Shown here one piece after another: positions 1 to 12,963 of a stretch of DNA of 64,000 nucleotides. The first letter of the stretch is position 1. Every line of letters begins with the position of its first letter. The stretch is from Trueperaceae bacterium (GTDB lineage: Bacteria > Deinococcota > Deinococci > Deinococcales > Trueperaceae), in NCBI GenBank assembly GCA_034521815.1, contig JAXHLW010000013.1, positions 224,001 to 288,000 on the forward strand, in the 5' to 3' direction. The position numbers and the translations under genes were made by a program. The notes beneath the pieces were generated by a model. That model worked only from the letters and a program-made list of their open reading frames with translations. It searched no databases and was not told the DNA's origin.

Positions 1-226
1 GCTGGAGCGGGTTCAGGAGAGCCTGGCTGTGGCTGGCAACGGCTGCTATCTCGCTGGGAGCGTCTTGTACCTGGTGGACGCGGCGTCGGTGGCGGCGTGG
101 TCGTTCGTGGTGGGGAGCGCCCTCGCGCTGTTGGCGGGATTCCTGCCGCGATTGGTGCGGTTGTGGATTCAGCCGCGTGAGAGCGGTGATCACCACGCAG
201 GCGTTGGGATGCTTCAGCTGGCGTAG
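1..226 (+). CDS. YrhK-like small membrane protein (5' truncated by window edge)
   Basis: Frame is open from position 2 (LERVQESLAVAGNGCYLAGSVLYL...WSFVVGS); two hydrophobic segments with a GSxxY/FxxGS pattern like YrhK. Confidence 0.5.
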   Translation, partial: LERVQESLAVAGNGCYLAGSVLYLVDAASVAAWSFVVGSALALLAGFLPRLVRLWIQPRESGDHHAGVGMLQLA

Positions 227-346
227 TCCGTGGGTGCGCCATGGCACGACGGCCAGCACCCCCGGGGGCGAGGGCGGGCCGACGGGCGGCCGAGAGATCG
301 GCGCCTTGCGGTTCGCGGCTCGATGGTCGATGGATTTCGCTCGAAA

Positions 347-411
347 GAGCCGGTGCGCGTTCCGACATGGGATTCGGCGGAAACCCACGAGGTCGGAACG
401 TGCACCGGCTC
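347..411 (+). repeat. Long inverted repeat/hairpin
   Basis: GAGCCGGTGCGCGTTCCGAC (347-366) pairs with GTCGGAACGTGCACCGGCTC (392-411), one G-U; further inner pairing TGGG..CCCA. Confidence 0.8.
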
Positions 412-542
412 GTCCCGAGCATACGCCATGTCGCGGGCGAGCACCGTTCGGATGTCGGCCTCCCGTTCGCTCGCTCGCACGGTCCCCGACGCGGAGGCCC
501 TGACCTAGCCCCGTGGGCGGGTCACGCCGGTACGCTGCCCGC

Positions 543-1352
543 ATGCATCCGAACGCACGGCACGCCGCCCGCCTGCTGGGGACGTCGGTCGTCGAGGCGA
601 CGGCGCTGAGCGGCGGCTCGCTGGCCGAGGTGTTGCGCGTCCGGTTCGAGGACGGCCGCGAGGCGGTGGTCAAGGGCGGCGACGCGCCCCGGCGGGAGGC
701 GCGCATGGTCCGGGCCATCCGGGCGCGGGGCGTGCCGGTGCCCGAGGTGATCGCCGTCGACGCCCACGTGCTCGTGCTGGGCGTCGTGCCCGACCGTGGC
801 ACGCTGGACGCCGCCTGGGGCGACCTGGCGCGCGTGCTGACGACGCTGCACGAGCCGTCCAGCGTGGCGACGCCCTACGGCTGGGAGGAGGACGACGCCT
901 TCGGACCGTTGGCGATCCCCAACGCCGCGGCGGACGACTGGCCGACGTTCTGGGCCGAGCGGCGGCTGCTGGCGCACGCGGCGCGGCTCCCGGCCGACCT
1001 GGCGCGACGCGTCGAGCGTCTCGCCGCGGACGTGCCGGGCCGCCTGCCCGCGCGGCCGATCCCGGCGCTGCTGCACGGCGACTTGTGGACCGGGAACGTC
1101 CTCGCCGACGGGTCACGCGTCAGCGCCCTGATCGATCCGGCGTGCTACCACGGGCACGCCGAGGTGGACCTGGCGATGCTGACGCTGTTCGGCTCGCCGG
1201 CGCCTGCCTTCTGGGACGCCTACCCCGTCGAGCCCGGCTGGCACGAGCGGCGGCCGATCTACCAGCTGTGGCCGGCGATCGTGCATCGGCTCCTGTTCGG
1301 GGAGGCCTACCGGCCGATGGCGAGCCGGCTGCTGAGCGAGGCCGGAGCGTAG
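543..1352 (+). CDS. Fructosamine kinase family protein
   Basis: LLHGDLWTGN and LIDPACYHGHAEVDLAML motifs; TACGCT -10 at 531-536 just before ATG. Confidence 0.9.
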   Translation: MHPNARHAARLLGTSVVEATALSGGSLAEVLRVRFEDGREAVVKGGDAPRREARMVRAIRARGVPVPEVIAVDAHVLVLGVVPDRGTLDAAWGDLARVLTTLHEPSSVATPYGWEEDDAFGPLAIPNAAADDWPTFWAERRLLAHAARLPADLARRVERLAADVPGRLPARPIPALLHGDLWTGNVLADGSRVSALIDPACYHGHAEVDLAMLTLFGSPAPAFWDAYPVEPGWHERRPIYQLWPAIVHRLLFGEAYRPMASRLLSEAGA

Positions 1353-1424
1353 CGTCCGTTCGTCTTCGGGCGCCGATTCGAAGACCGTCCCGTAGGTACC
1401 GCGCCAACGGGGGTAGCCTGAGCC

Positions 1425-1682
1425 ATGACCTACCTCTTCTTCGCGCTGCTGATCGGAGTCCTGTACGTCTACCTGCGCGCCAGGCAGGAGGAGGCCCGCT
1501 TGCGCGAGGCGTCGCGCCACCGCGCCTCTCGCGCCTTCGAGCTGGGGCTGCGTGCCGCGAAGGAGCTGGCCGACCATCCCGACGATGCACGCGCCGAGTA
1601 CGACGCGGACCGGGACACCTACGTCATCGTGCGCGACGCGCGATTCACCTACCGCGTCGACGACGGCTCGATGCCCCTGTAG
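1425..1682 (+). CDS. Small hypothetical protein with N-terminal TM helix
   Basis: Hydrophobic N-terminus, high-GC3 codon usage, TAGCCT -10 at 1414-1419. Confidence 0.7.
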   Translation: MTYLFFALLIGVLYVYLRARQEEARLREASRHRASRAFELGLRAAKELADHPDDARAEYDADRDTYVIVRDARFTYRVDDGSMPL

Positions 1683-1844
1683 GCGAGGCGCCGGCCCGCC
1701 TCGGACGAGGCGATTCGCGAGGGGCGGCCGGACGATGGCGGTACGCTCGAGGGGACGCCGAAGCGGGGCCGACCGAGCCGGCCCCGTCCGCGGCGAGGCG
1801 TCCCGATCGTCTTCTCGCACGCGGGAGCAGGGGCGGTGGCACCG

Positions 1845-4537
<2,693 letters not shown>

Positions 4538-4541
<4 letters not shown>

Positions 4542-5650
4542 CCGTCCTCCGCCATTCGGATCTGGACGGCGCGCAGAAGGTCGGTCGTGCTCACGATCCC
4601 GACCATCTCGCCGTTCCGTCCGGTGACGATCAGTCGGCGGCCCGAGCTCTCGTTGATCCGCTTGAACGCCTCGGCGGCGCCGGCGTGCAGGTCGATCGTC
4701 GCGACGTCGCGGGCCATCACCTCTTCGACGCGCGCGGTGGGCTCCGCGTCGTCGATGTCCTGAAGGCGGATCGATCCGATCAGCTCGCCCTCGTCGCTGA
4801 CGACGGGAAAGAAGACGTGCTTCCTGGTGAACATGTGCCGGGTCAGCGCCTCGACCGTCATGTCCGTGCGGACGGTGACCGGGTCGTCCGACATCAGGTC
4901 ACGGACCTCGACGTTCTCGAGCGCCTTCTCGACCGTGGCGAACTGGGCCTCCGCCTTCACGGCGATCCAGATGAAGAACGCGATCGCGACCATGAACAGG
5001 TTGAACGTGGCCAGACCGAGCAGCCCCAGCAGGACTGCGAGAACCTGACTCACGCCGGCCGAGACGCGGGTCGCCCGAAGGTGCCCCATACGCAACGCCA
5101 GCAGCGACCGCAGAACGCGCCCCCCGTCCATCGGCAGCGCCGGCAGGAGGTTGAACACCGCGAGCACGATGTTCACGGCCGCCAGGTAGCTGAGGACCAC
5201 GAGAAGCGCACCGCCCGCCGGCGCGATCAGGCCGGTGATCCCCCACAGCAGAACGCCCAGCACGGCGCTCGTGATCGGCCCCACGATCGCGACGACAGCT
5301 TCCGCCCGCGGCTGCTTCGGCATCTCGCTGAACTGCGCGATGCCGCCGAGGATCCAGAGCCGGATCTCCTTGATCTCGACGCCGTAGCGCCTCGCGGTCA
5401 GCGCGTGGGAGAGCTCGTGGACGAGCACGCTGATCATCAGGCCGATCGCGGACAGCAGACCCAGAAGGTACGGCGTCGCCCCCTGCTCCAGCGGCGCGGC
5501 CTCGATGGGAAGCTCGAACATCTCGACGTACGTCGCCACGTTGCCGCCGATCAGCCAGGTGAGCAGCGCGATCAGCAGCAGGAACGTGGCGTCCAGACGG
5601 ATCGGGATGCCGAAGAGGTCGAACGGAAGGCGAAAGCCGGACTTGAGCAT
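4538..5650 (-). CDS. Site-2 protease (M50) with two CBS domains
   Basis: HELSH and FNLLPALPMDGG motifs; C-terminal CBS pair. Confidence 0.92.
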
Positions 5651-5681
5651 GTCTCACCCTAGCGCCGCGGATCGCGCGGGG

Positions 5682-5987
5682 TCAGTCGGTTCCTTCGGCG
5701 AGCCGCTCGCCCATGCGCTTGCGCATCGCGCCGATCGGGTTCGCGACCGCCAGGCGGGCGGCCGCCCACGCCTTCTTGCGGTCGTGCTCTTCGGGCCCCA
5801 AGCCGCCGTCCTCCAGGTCGGCGTAGTGCAGCACCTGATCCTCGTTGGCAGCCAGCACTTCGTTCAGCACCGAGTGCAGCGAGTCGCGCACGGCCAGGCC
5901 CTCGCGCAGCATGTCCTGCATCTCCAGGACGCGCTCGACCAGCTCGGCGTGCGTCATCGACTCCAGTTCGGCGCGGGTGCGTTGCAT
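5682..5987 (-). CDS. Hypothetical helical protein (101 aa)
   Basis: MQRTRAELESMTHAELVERVLEMQ...; GGGAGGT RBS upstream; tail of the long shadow ORF 5682..7199. Confidence 0.75.
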   Translation of the reverse strand: MQRTRAELESMTHAELVERVLEMQDMLREGLAVRDSLHSVLNEVLAANEDQVLHYADLEDGGLGPEEHDRKKAWAAARLAVANPIGAMRKRMGERLAEGTD

Positions 5988-6038
5988 ACGACCTCCCACC
6001 GCCACTCTACACGGGGCTCCAGGCCGGTACGATGCCCC

Positions 6039-7382
6039 ATGTCCGCCGATCTGACCACGCTTTCCCTGACCGAGCTCGCGGCCGCCTACCGGAGCGGCCG
6101 CACGACGCCGCTCGAGGCGGCCGAGGCGTACTTGCGCACGATCGAGCCAGGACCGGTCTGGCGCGTGGCGACCGCCGACCGGGCGATCCGTCAGGCACGG
6201 CGCGCCCAGCACGCGTTCGAGGCGGGCGTGGACCTCGGCCCGCTCCAAGGGATTCCCGTCGCCGTGAAGGACCTGATCGACATGGAGGGAGAGGTGAGCG
6301 CGGCCGGGTCCGGCGCCCGGCTGGCCGAGGCCCAGCCCGCCCAGCGAGACGCCCCGCTGATCGCCCGCTTGGACGAGGCCGGCGCCGTGTTCCTGGGCCG
6401 GACGCAGATGACGGAGCTGGCGTTCTCCGGCCTGGGTATCAACCCACATTTCGGAACGCCACGCGGGCCCCACGATCCGGAGCGGGTCCCGGGAGGCTCG
6501 TCGTCCGGCTCGGCGGTCGCCGTCGCGACGCACCAGGCGTGCCTGGCGCTGGGGTCCGACACGGGCGGCTCGGTCCGGATCCCGTCCGCGTTCCAGGGGC
6601 TGGTGGGGCTCAAGACCAGCGATCGCTCGCTTCCCTTGGAAGGCACGGTCCCCCTCTCGACCACGCTGGACACGCTGGGGCCGATCGCCAGGACGCTCGA
6701 GGACGCCTGGGCGGCCTGGCGCGCGATGCGGGCGCTTGCCCCGGCGCCGTTCCCCGAGGCGCCCGGCACGCTTCGACTGTGGGCGCCGCCGACGGTGGTG
6801 ATGAATGACCTGGACCCCGAGGTCGCAGCCGCGTTCGAGGACGCGCTGAACGCGCTGACGGCCGCGGGCCATTCGGTCGAACGGGCCGAGATGCCGTCGC
6901 TGCGAGAGGCGAACGGTCTGTACGGGCGGTACGGCAGCTTCGCGGCTCACGAGGCGCTGGCGCTGTACGAGGCGTTCTTGGAGCGGGCCGAGCCGGCCGT
7001 CGATCCACGCGTCGCGACGCGGATTCTGGCCGTGCGGGATCGGCCGTCCAGCGACTACCTGCGCCTGGGGTACGCGCGCCAGCGGATCGTCGCCGACGTC
7101 TGGGACGAGGCGCGGGGCGTCGACGCGATCGTGACCCCGACGGTCGCGATCCGGGCGCCGCGGACCGCTCCGCTCGAAGCGGACGACGCCGCCTACCACC
7201 GCGCCAACGCGGCGGTGCTGCGCAACACGACGCTGTTCAACCTCCTGGCCGGCCCGGCCGTCACCGTTCCCATCGGCGATCCCGAGCTCGGGATCGGGGG
7301 CACGGTCGCGGCGGCACCCGGACGCGAAGCCCAGGTCCTGGCGGTGGCGGCTCGCTGGCGCGAGGCCACGCGGAGCGCCTAG
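6039..7382 (+). CDS. Amidase signature family protein
   Basis: GIPVAVKD, GGSSSGSA and GSDTGGSVRIP motifs; TACGAT -10 at 6028-6033. Confidence 0.92.
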   Translation: MSADLTTLSLTELAAAYRSGRTTPLEAAEAYLRTIEPGPVWRVATADRAIRQARRAQHAFEAGVDLGPLQGIPVAVKDLIDMEGEVSAAGSGARLAEAQPAQRDAPLIARLDEAGAVFLGRTQMTELAFSGLGINPHFGTPRGPHDPERVPGGSSSGSAVAVATHQACLALGSDTGGSVRIPSAFQGLVGLKTSDRSLPLEGTVPLSTTLDTLGPIARTLEDAWAAWRAMRALAPAPFPEAPGTLRLWAPPTVVMNDLDPEVAAAFEDALNALTAAGHSVERAEMPSLREANGLYGRYGSFAAHEALALYEAFLERAEPAVDPRVATRILAVRDRPSSDYLRLGYARQRIVADVWDEARGVDAIVTPTVAIRAPRTAPLEADDAAYHRANAAVLRNTTLFNLLAGPAVTVPIGDPELGIGGTVAAAPGREAQVLAVAARWREATRSA

Positions 7383-7406
7383 CGGGCGGTCAGGCCCAGG
7401 GGGCGG

Positions 7407-8291
7407 TCAGGTCGGCTCCAGGCTGGGCCGCGTCCGGTCGCGCAACAGCGCCAACGCGGTCAGGAACCCGCTGCCGTACTTGACCATGACGTCGGTCACG
7501 ATGACCTGCACCATCCAGCCGGCGGTGGCGAACGGTGCGCCGGCGAAGGCCAGCACGGTGAACAGGATCGTGTCGATCGGCGCGGACACGGCGTTGGACG
7601 AGAGCACGCGCACCAGCCAGCGGCGTCGGACCAGCCGCTGGTACACCTCGGTGTCGGCGGCCTCGGAGACCACGATGGCCAGGAAGCTGACCGCGACGTA
7701 GCGCAGCGGCGTTCCCACCGACAGCGCTGCCGCCACGTTCATCACGGCCGCCGCGAAGATCATGGCGTACACGGCGCGTCGGCCGTAGCGGTGGACGCGG
7801 TCTCGCTGCGTGAACGTCACGCCGAAGAAGAGGGTCCCGACGTTGACCAGGAACCAAGGTCCTACCGGCAGGAACGCGTCCAGGGTGTAGTTCGCCAGCA
7901 GCGTCGCCGCGGCGTACACGCTCATGGCGCCCACCATGTGGCCCTGGCGTTCGGGCACCGCGGCCAGCGCCACGCCCAGCAGGGCGGAGGCGAAAGGAGC
8001 CACGAGGTCGCGGACCGGAACTCCGAACGCCGCGAGGACGGCCGCGAACGCGAGTCCGGCAGCCAGGAAGGCGGTCCCGCTCCGTCCGGTGCGGATCAGG
8101 GAGCGGGCCAGCGCATCCCCGAACAGGGCGCCTAAGAACACCAGCGTGGCGATGGGAAGCCGGTCGGGCGGCGTCGCGCCGAACCCCGACATCCAGAGCA
8201 GCGCACCTGCCCCCACCGTCACCAGGGCGGGCAGAGCGAGCAGGCGGAGTCGATCGGATCGCCGTGGCGCGGCGGGTGTAGGCGCGGTCAT
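7407..8291 (-). CDS. VUT/YhhQ family queuosine-precursor transporter with extra N-terminal TM region
   Basis: C-terminal half has [26 protein letters not shown] and [13 protein letters not shown] typical of Vut_1. Confidence 0.8.
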   Translation of the reverse strand: MTAPTPAAPRRSDRLRLLALPALVTVGAGALLWMSGFGATPPDRLPIATLVFLGALFGDALARSLIRTGRSGTAFLAAGLAFAAVLAAFGVPVRDLVAPFASALLGVALAAVPERQGHMVGAMSVYAAATLLANYTLDAFLPVGPWFLVNVGTLFFGVTFTQRDRVHRYGRRAVYAMIFAAAVMNVAAALSVGTPLRYVAVSFLAIVVSEAADTEVYQRLVRRRWLVRVLSSNAVSAPIDTILFTVLAFAGAPFATAGWMVQVIVTDVMVKYGSGFLTALALLRDRTRPSLEPT

Positions 8292-8385
8292 GACCACCTC
8301 CGGAACGGATCGGCATCGGGGCTCGCGAGCACGGCGGGGCCGGGTACGGGAGCGCCCCCCGAGCGCGTGGCCCAGGGGGCGGCTG

Positions 8386-8462
<77 letters not shown>

Positions 8463-8474
8463 ATGCAGCGACGG

Positions 8475-8503
8475 AGCATACCAGCGCGGTCAGAACCGGT
8501 CAA
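8475..8503 (-). promoter_or_regulatory. sigma70-type promoter of tRNA-Pro
   Basis: TTGACC (8503-8498) - 17 nt - TATGCT (8480-8475). Confidence 0.7.
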
Positions 8504-9063
8504 GCGACGTCCTCCGCGTCGGTCTCCGTCGCTTCGAACGCCGCGTCGACCGCGCTCCGCACCGTGTCTCCCGCGAAGCCGCGCCGTGCGAGGAACGCCG
8601 ACGCCTTGGCGCGGTCCTTGCGGGGATCGCCCGACGCGAACCGCCAGGCGTGCTTGGCCAACACGCCGCGCGCGGCGGCCAGCTGCTGCGCATCGTCCAG
8701 CGGTGCCAGGGCCTCGTCGCGAAGCTGTTCGGAGACGCCGCGGCGTTCGAGCTCGCGCCGGAGCGCCCGCCGGCCCTTCCGGTGCGCCCGGCCGCGGACG
8801 TGGCCCTCGGCGACACGACGGTCGTCCAGCAGCGCGAGCTCCTCCAGGCGAGCGAGCGCCGCCTCGCGAACCGGGTCCGCGACGCCCTTGCGACGCAGGC
8901 GCTCTTCGAGCTCGGCGCGGGCGTAGTCGCGTCGCGCCAGCAGTCGCAGCAGGTAGGCCACGGCACGGGGCGCGTCCCAGTCGCTTCCCGTCGTGCCCCG
9001 CCCCGTCGTGCCCCGCCCCGATGCGCCGCTGGCCGATGCGTCCCGTCCAGGCGTGCGGCTCAC
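8500..9063 (-). CDS. recX: Regulatory protein RecX
   Basis: [35 protein letters not shown] and FLARRGF repeats. Confidence 0.88.
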   Translation of the reverse strand: MSRTPGRDASASGASGRGTTGRGTTGSDWDAPRAVAYLLRLLARRDYARAELEERLRRKGVADPVREAALARLEELALLDDRRVAEGHVRGRAHRKGRRALRRELERRGVSEQLRDEALAPLDDAQQLAAARGVLAKHAWRFASGDPRKDRAKASAFLARRGFAGDTVRSAVDAAFEATETDAEDVA

Positions 9064-10238
9064 CGGAGCACCTTGGTCGGGTCCAGTCGTGCTGCGCGGC
9101 GGGCCGGCAGCAGCCCGGCCGCGCCGCTGGTGACCAGCGACAGGGCCGCGACCCAGGCGACGTCCAGAGGCGCGACCTCGACGGGGAGCCGGGTGATGAA
9201 GTAGAGGTCGCCCGGCAGCGGGAACGGCTGCAGCCTGAAGTAGGTCGCCGCGGCGACGCCCAGGCCCACGCCGAGCAGCGTACCGGCGCCCCCCAGGAGC
9301 GAGCCTTCGAGCGTGAAGGTGGCCAGGATCTGCCGCTGGCTCGCGCCCAGCGCGCGAAGCACCGCGATCTCGGGCGTCTTCTCGGCCACGGTCAGGACCA
9401 GGATGTTGGCGATCCCCATCGCCGCGACCAGCACGATCAGGAACACGACGACCGAGATCACCGCCTTCTGCAAGCGGAGCTGGGTGACGAGGCCGCCGAA
9501 GAGCGAGCTCCAGGCGATCGCCCGCAGCCCTGAGAGGTCGGCGAGCTCCTGCCCGACCTCGTCCGCGCGACCGGGGTCCGCGATCCGGACGTGGTAGCCG
9601 CTGATCTCGCCGGGCGCGTCCAGGTACGCCTGAACGGTGGCGAGCGAGGCGTAGGAGGCGAGCCCGTCGATCAGCTCGTTCCCGACACGGAACGTGTCCG
9701 CGACGATGAAGCGGGCACGGTGGCCGGCGACGTCCTGGACCAGCACCTCGTCTCCGCCGAGGACCCCGAGCTGCATCGCCAGCGAGGCGCCCAGGATGAC
9801 GCCGTCGCCCTCCCGCATCGCGTCCGCGGACGCGTCCAGCGTGGCGAGGTCCAGGACGTCGGTGTGGAGCGCCGGCTCGATGCCGAGAAGCTGGGTGTAG
9901 CCCTGACGGCCGGTGATGCCCAAGGTGGCGTCCGCCCGCCGCGCGATCAGCGCCTCGACCGCCAGGAACGGGGCGACGGCGCGCACGTCATCGTGCGCGG
10001 CGATGCGGCGTCGCAGCTCGGCGACGTCCGCCATCCGGCCGTCGGCCTGGTAGGTGCGCAGCGTGACGTGAGGGGTGGCGCGCAAGGTGCTGTCGAGCAG
10101 CTCGTCGATGAAACCGTTCGTGAGGGAGAGAGCCAGGATCAACACCGCGACCCCGACGGCCACGCCCGCCACCGTCAGAGCGGACTGCAGCACGCGCCGG
10201 CGGACGTGAGCGAGCGCTAGGTAGAGCGGCAGAGGCAC
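9060..10238 (-). CDS. ABC transporter permease, LolC/E (FtsX/MacB-like)
   Basis: [39 protein letters not shown] and [10 protein letters not shown]. Confidence 0.85.
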   Translation of the reverse strand: MPLPLYLALAHVRRRVLQSALTVAGVAVGVAVLILALSLTNGFIDELLDSTLRATPHVTLRTYQADGRMADVAELRRRIAAHDDVRAVAPFLAVEALIARRADATLGITGRQGYTQLLGIEPALHTDVLDLATLDASADAMREGDGVILGASLAMQLGVLGGDEVLVQDVAGHRARFIVADTFRVGNELIDGLASYASLATVQAYLDAPGEISGYHVRIADPGRADEVGQELADLSGLRAIAWSSLFGGLVTQLRLQKAVISVVVFLIVLVAAMGIANILVLTVAEKTPEIAVLRALGASQRQILATFTLEGSLLGGAGTLLGVGLGVAAATYFRLQPFPLPGDLYFITRLPVEVAPLDVAWVAALSLVTSGAAGLLPARRAARLDPTKVLR

Positions 10239-10288
10239 GCCCGGACTCTACCGTGCGGCGCTGGCGTGCAGCGCTCCGCCTGCGGCGA

Positions 10289-10906
10289 TCAGCGAGCGGA
10301 TGCGGTGAGGATCGGTCGGCCTTCGAACGGCGCGGCGGCGTGCGGATCGAGCAGCGGTCCGTCGTAGCCGTAACGCACGACCTCGACCTCGACCTGGCGC
10401 ACGCCCCAGTTCACGGCGCTGGCGTAGTCGCCGAACCAGACGTCGATCTGATCGCGCTTGCGTGCGTGCATCGTGTCTTCGACGACGAACAGGCCGTGGG
10501 CGTCCAGAACGCTCTGGAACCGTCCCGAGCCGCGCCCGTCGTAGTACCCGCCGAGGTCGCGGATCCGCACCAGCGAGCCGTAGGGAATATCGCCCCCGAG
10601 GAGATCACGGCTGACGGCGAGCACGCCGAAGCGGGTGCGGGTGCCGGTCGCGGTGGTGTGCGGGCTCGCGTCGGTCTGCGACGCGAGCGAGTTGTAGCCG
10701 GTAGCGCGTACGGTGAACGTCGGGTTGGCGTCGGGTCCGTGAGGAGTGTCCGAGATCGCCGCGGGACCACCCGGATCGGCGAGGATACGAACCTCGGGCG
10801 CGATCGCGAGGGTGACCGTGTCGGTGCGCTCGGTCCGGAAGCCCAGGACCAGCGAGCCGACGACGAGACCGATGGCGCAGAGCTTGGCGCTGATGTGCAG
10901 TGCCAT
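10289..10906 (-). CDS. 3D-domain (cell-wall lytic-like) secreted protein
   Basis: Signal peptide; ATGYNS..QTD, AVSRDLL, VEDTM and IDVWF; GGAGGTGGAG RBS. Confidence 0.85.
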   Translation of the reverse strand: MALHISAKLCAIGLVVGSLVLGFRTERTDTVTLAIAPEVRILADPGGPAAISDTPHGPDANPTFTVRATGYNSLASQTDASPHTTATGTRTRFGVLAVSRDLLGGDIPYGSLVRIRDLGGYYDGRGSGRFQSVLDAHGLFVVEDTMHARKRDQIDVWFGDYASAVNWGVRQVEVEVVRYGYDGPLLDPHAAAPFEGRPILTASAR

Positions 10907-10978
10907 CTCCACCTCCAGTCGCGTGACGGTAGCACCGTGGCGGCGCGTTTCCGCGATCGGAGGCGACACGATCCCCAG

Positions 10979-11017
10979 GCCGCACCCTGTAGCCGCACCC
11001 TGTAGCCGCACCCTGTA
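10979..11017. repeat. Perfect 13-nt tandem repeat x3 (GCCGCACCCTGTA)
   Basis: Read directly in the divergent intergenic region between the 3D-domain gene and tgt. Confidence 0.95.
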
Positions 11018-11112
11018 GACGACGGCCGACCGAGCGGCGCGATTCGCTGGGCACGGCGATCGTCACGCGAGGGTCGGCTGCCGCCCGGCGCTCCGCGCTA
11101 GCATGGTCCGCG

Positions 11113-12393
11113 ATGTCCACCAGCCCCGACTTCGGCTTCGAGATCCTCGCCCGCGACGGTGCCGCCCGGCGCGGTCGCCTGCGCACCGCACACGGAACGG
11201 TCGAGACGCCCGCCTTCGTCGCCGTCGCGACGCAGGGGAGCGTCAAGAGCGTGGCGCCGGCTGCGGTGCGCGCGGCCGGCACCCAGATCCTGTTCGCGAA
11301 CACCTACCACCTCTACCTGAGGCCCGGCGCCGAGACGGTCGCCCGCCACGGCGGCCTTCACCGGTTCATGCACTGGGACGGCCCGATCCTGACCGATTCC
11401 GGCGGGTTCCAAGTGTTCTCGCTGGGCGCGGGCCTGGAGCACGGCGTGGGCAAGGTGGCCAGCATCTTTCCCGGGGAGGGCCCGGGCCCCGCCGCGGCCC
11501 GGACGGGGCAGGGCATGGTCCGCGTCGAAGAGGAGCGGGTGGTGTTCACCAGCCACATCGACGGGAGCCGCCACCTGTTCACGCCCGAGATCTCGATCGA
11601 GATCCAGCGAGCGCTGGGCGCGGACGTGGTGCTGGCCTTCGACGAGTGCACGAGCCCGCTGCACGACGAGCTCTACACGGCGCAGAGCGCGGACCGGACC
11701 CACCGCTGGGCGGAACGCTCGCTGCGGGCGTTCCGGGAGAGCGAGCCTCGCCACGGTTACGACCAGGCGCTCTACGGGATCGTCCAGGGGGGCGCGTTCG
11801 AGCGGGTGCGGGCAGCGTCGGCCCGCGTGATCGGCGGCATGGGGTTCGACGGCTTCGCCGTGGGCGGGAACCTGGGCGACACGCGCGAGACGATGTACCG
11901 GGTGCTCGACTGGACCGTGCCGGAGCTGCCGGAGGCCCCGCCGCGGCATCTCCTCGGGATCGGCGACGTGGCCAGCGTGTTCGAGGCGGTGGGCCGGGGC
12001 CTGGATACCTTCGATTCCGTGGCGCCGACCCGGAACGCGCGCAACGGTGGGGTTCTCGCTCGTTTCGACGACGACGGCACGCCGCTCCCCGCGTTCCGCC
12101 TGAACCTGAAGAACGCGCGCTTCGCGGACGACCTGCGGCCGATCGACGCAGCGTGCGACTGCGACACCTGCCGTCACCACTCGCGCGCCTACCTACGGCA
12201 CCTCCTGAAGGCGAACGAGCAGCTCGGTCAGCAGCTCGCCACGATCCACAACCTTCGGTTCATGGCACGTCTGATGGAGGCGATCCGCGACGCTATCGCG
12301 ATCGGCCGCCTGGACGCGCTCAGGGCCGCCTGGCTGGAGCCGGCGCGCGAGGCGAGGTCGGACGAGGCGAGGTCGGGCGCTGCACCGCGCTGA
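11113..12393 (+). CDS. tgt: tRNA-guanine transglycosylase
   Basis: NTYHL, LTDSGGFQVFSL, FDECT, GIVQGG, HLLGIG and CDCDTC..H zinc site. Confidence 0.95.
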   Translation: MSTSPDFGFEILARDGAARRGRLRTAHGTVETPAFVAVATQGSVKSVAPAAVRAAGTQILFANTYHLYLRPGAETVARHGGLHRFMHWDGPILTDSGGFQVFSLGAGLEHGVGKVASIFPGEGPGPAAARTGQGMVRVEEERVVFTSHIDGSRHLFTPEISIEIQRALGADVVLAFDECTSPLHDELYTAQSADRTHRWAERSLRAFRESEPRHGYDQALYGIVQGGAFERVRAASARVIGGMGFDGFAVGGNLGDTRETMYRVLDWTVPELPEAPPRHLLGIGDVASVFEAVGRGLDTFDSVAPTRNARNGGVLARFDDDGTPLPAFRLNLKNARFADDLRPIDAACDCDTCRHHSRAYLRHLLKANEQLGQQLATIHNLRFMARLMEAIRDAIAIGRLDALRAAWLEPAREARSDEARSGAAPR

Positions 12394-12405
12394 ACCGTCG
12401 CTCGC

Positions 12406-12963
12406 TCAGAACGCGCGCTCGATCAGGTCGATCTGCGTGCCGTCCTGCGTCACGAACCGGACCACGCCCACGGTGGGGACGAAGAAGAGGTCCAGCACCG
12501 TTCGTCCGCCGCTGCTGGTGAGGGTGGTCTGGCGGACGTGCAGGGCGTTGAACCGTCCCGCGGGCGTCTGGACGCCGGCGAGGCCGACGACCTCGCTCGA
12601 GAGCGTGATGTCGATCCCGCTGACCCGGGTCGTGCTCTGCCACGTGTCGCCCGGCTGCAACGGCGAGGGAGGATACACCGTGAGCGGCGGCTGGTACGGC
12701 ATGATCTCGCCGCCCGCCGAGGTGCCGTGGCTGACCACGCCCGCCCCGAAGGTGAGGATCTCCTCGCTGACCGGGACGCCCGAGAAGTAGTGCGTCAAGA
12801 CCATCCGCTGGGCGCCGAGCAGGTCGCGAGGCCCCGACAACGTCTGCGTCTCGCCGTTCGAGTAGGTCCAGGTCATTCCGGCGTCGGACGGGTAGTAGCT
12901 CGGCTGGGCGACGGCCCAGGAGAGAGCGACCAGGGCGAGCAGCGCTGCGAAGGTCCGGCTCAC
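12406..12963 (-). CDS. Secreted beta-rich hypothetical protein
   Basis: Signal peptide; YYP..GMTWTY and VQTPAGRF motifs; GTGA overlap with proC. Confidence 0.75.
   Translation of the reverse strand: MSRTFAALLALVALSWAVAQPSYYPSDAGMTWTYSNGETQTLSGPRDLLGAQRMVLTHYFSGVPVSEEILTFGAGVVSHGTSAGGEIMPYQPPLTVYPPSPLQPGDTWQSTTRVSGIDITLSSEVVGLAGVQTPAGRFNALHVRQTTLTSSGGRTVLDLFFVPTVGVVRFVTQDGTQIDLIERAF

Noticed and set aside
230-508. Small ORFs across the first intergenic region
   Set aside because: No RBS or recognisable motif; the region is better explained by the long inverted repeat
1742-1844. yybP-ykoY Mn riboswitch
   Set aside because: The conserved GGGGAGUA-type core was not found
8298-8385. preQ1 riboswitch before the VUT gene
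   Set aside because: No preQ1-I stem-loop or A-rich tail visible
10979-11017. CRISPR array
   Set aside because: 13-nt contiguous units, no spacers, no cas genes
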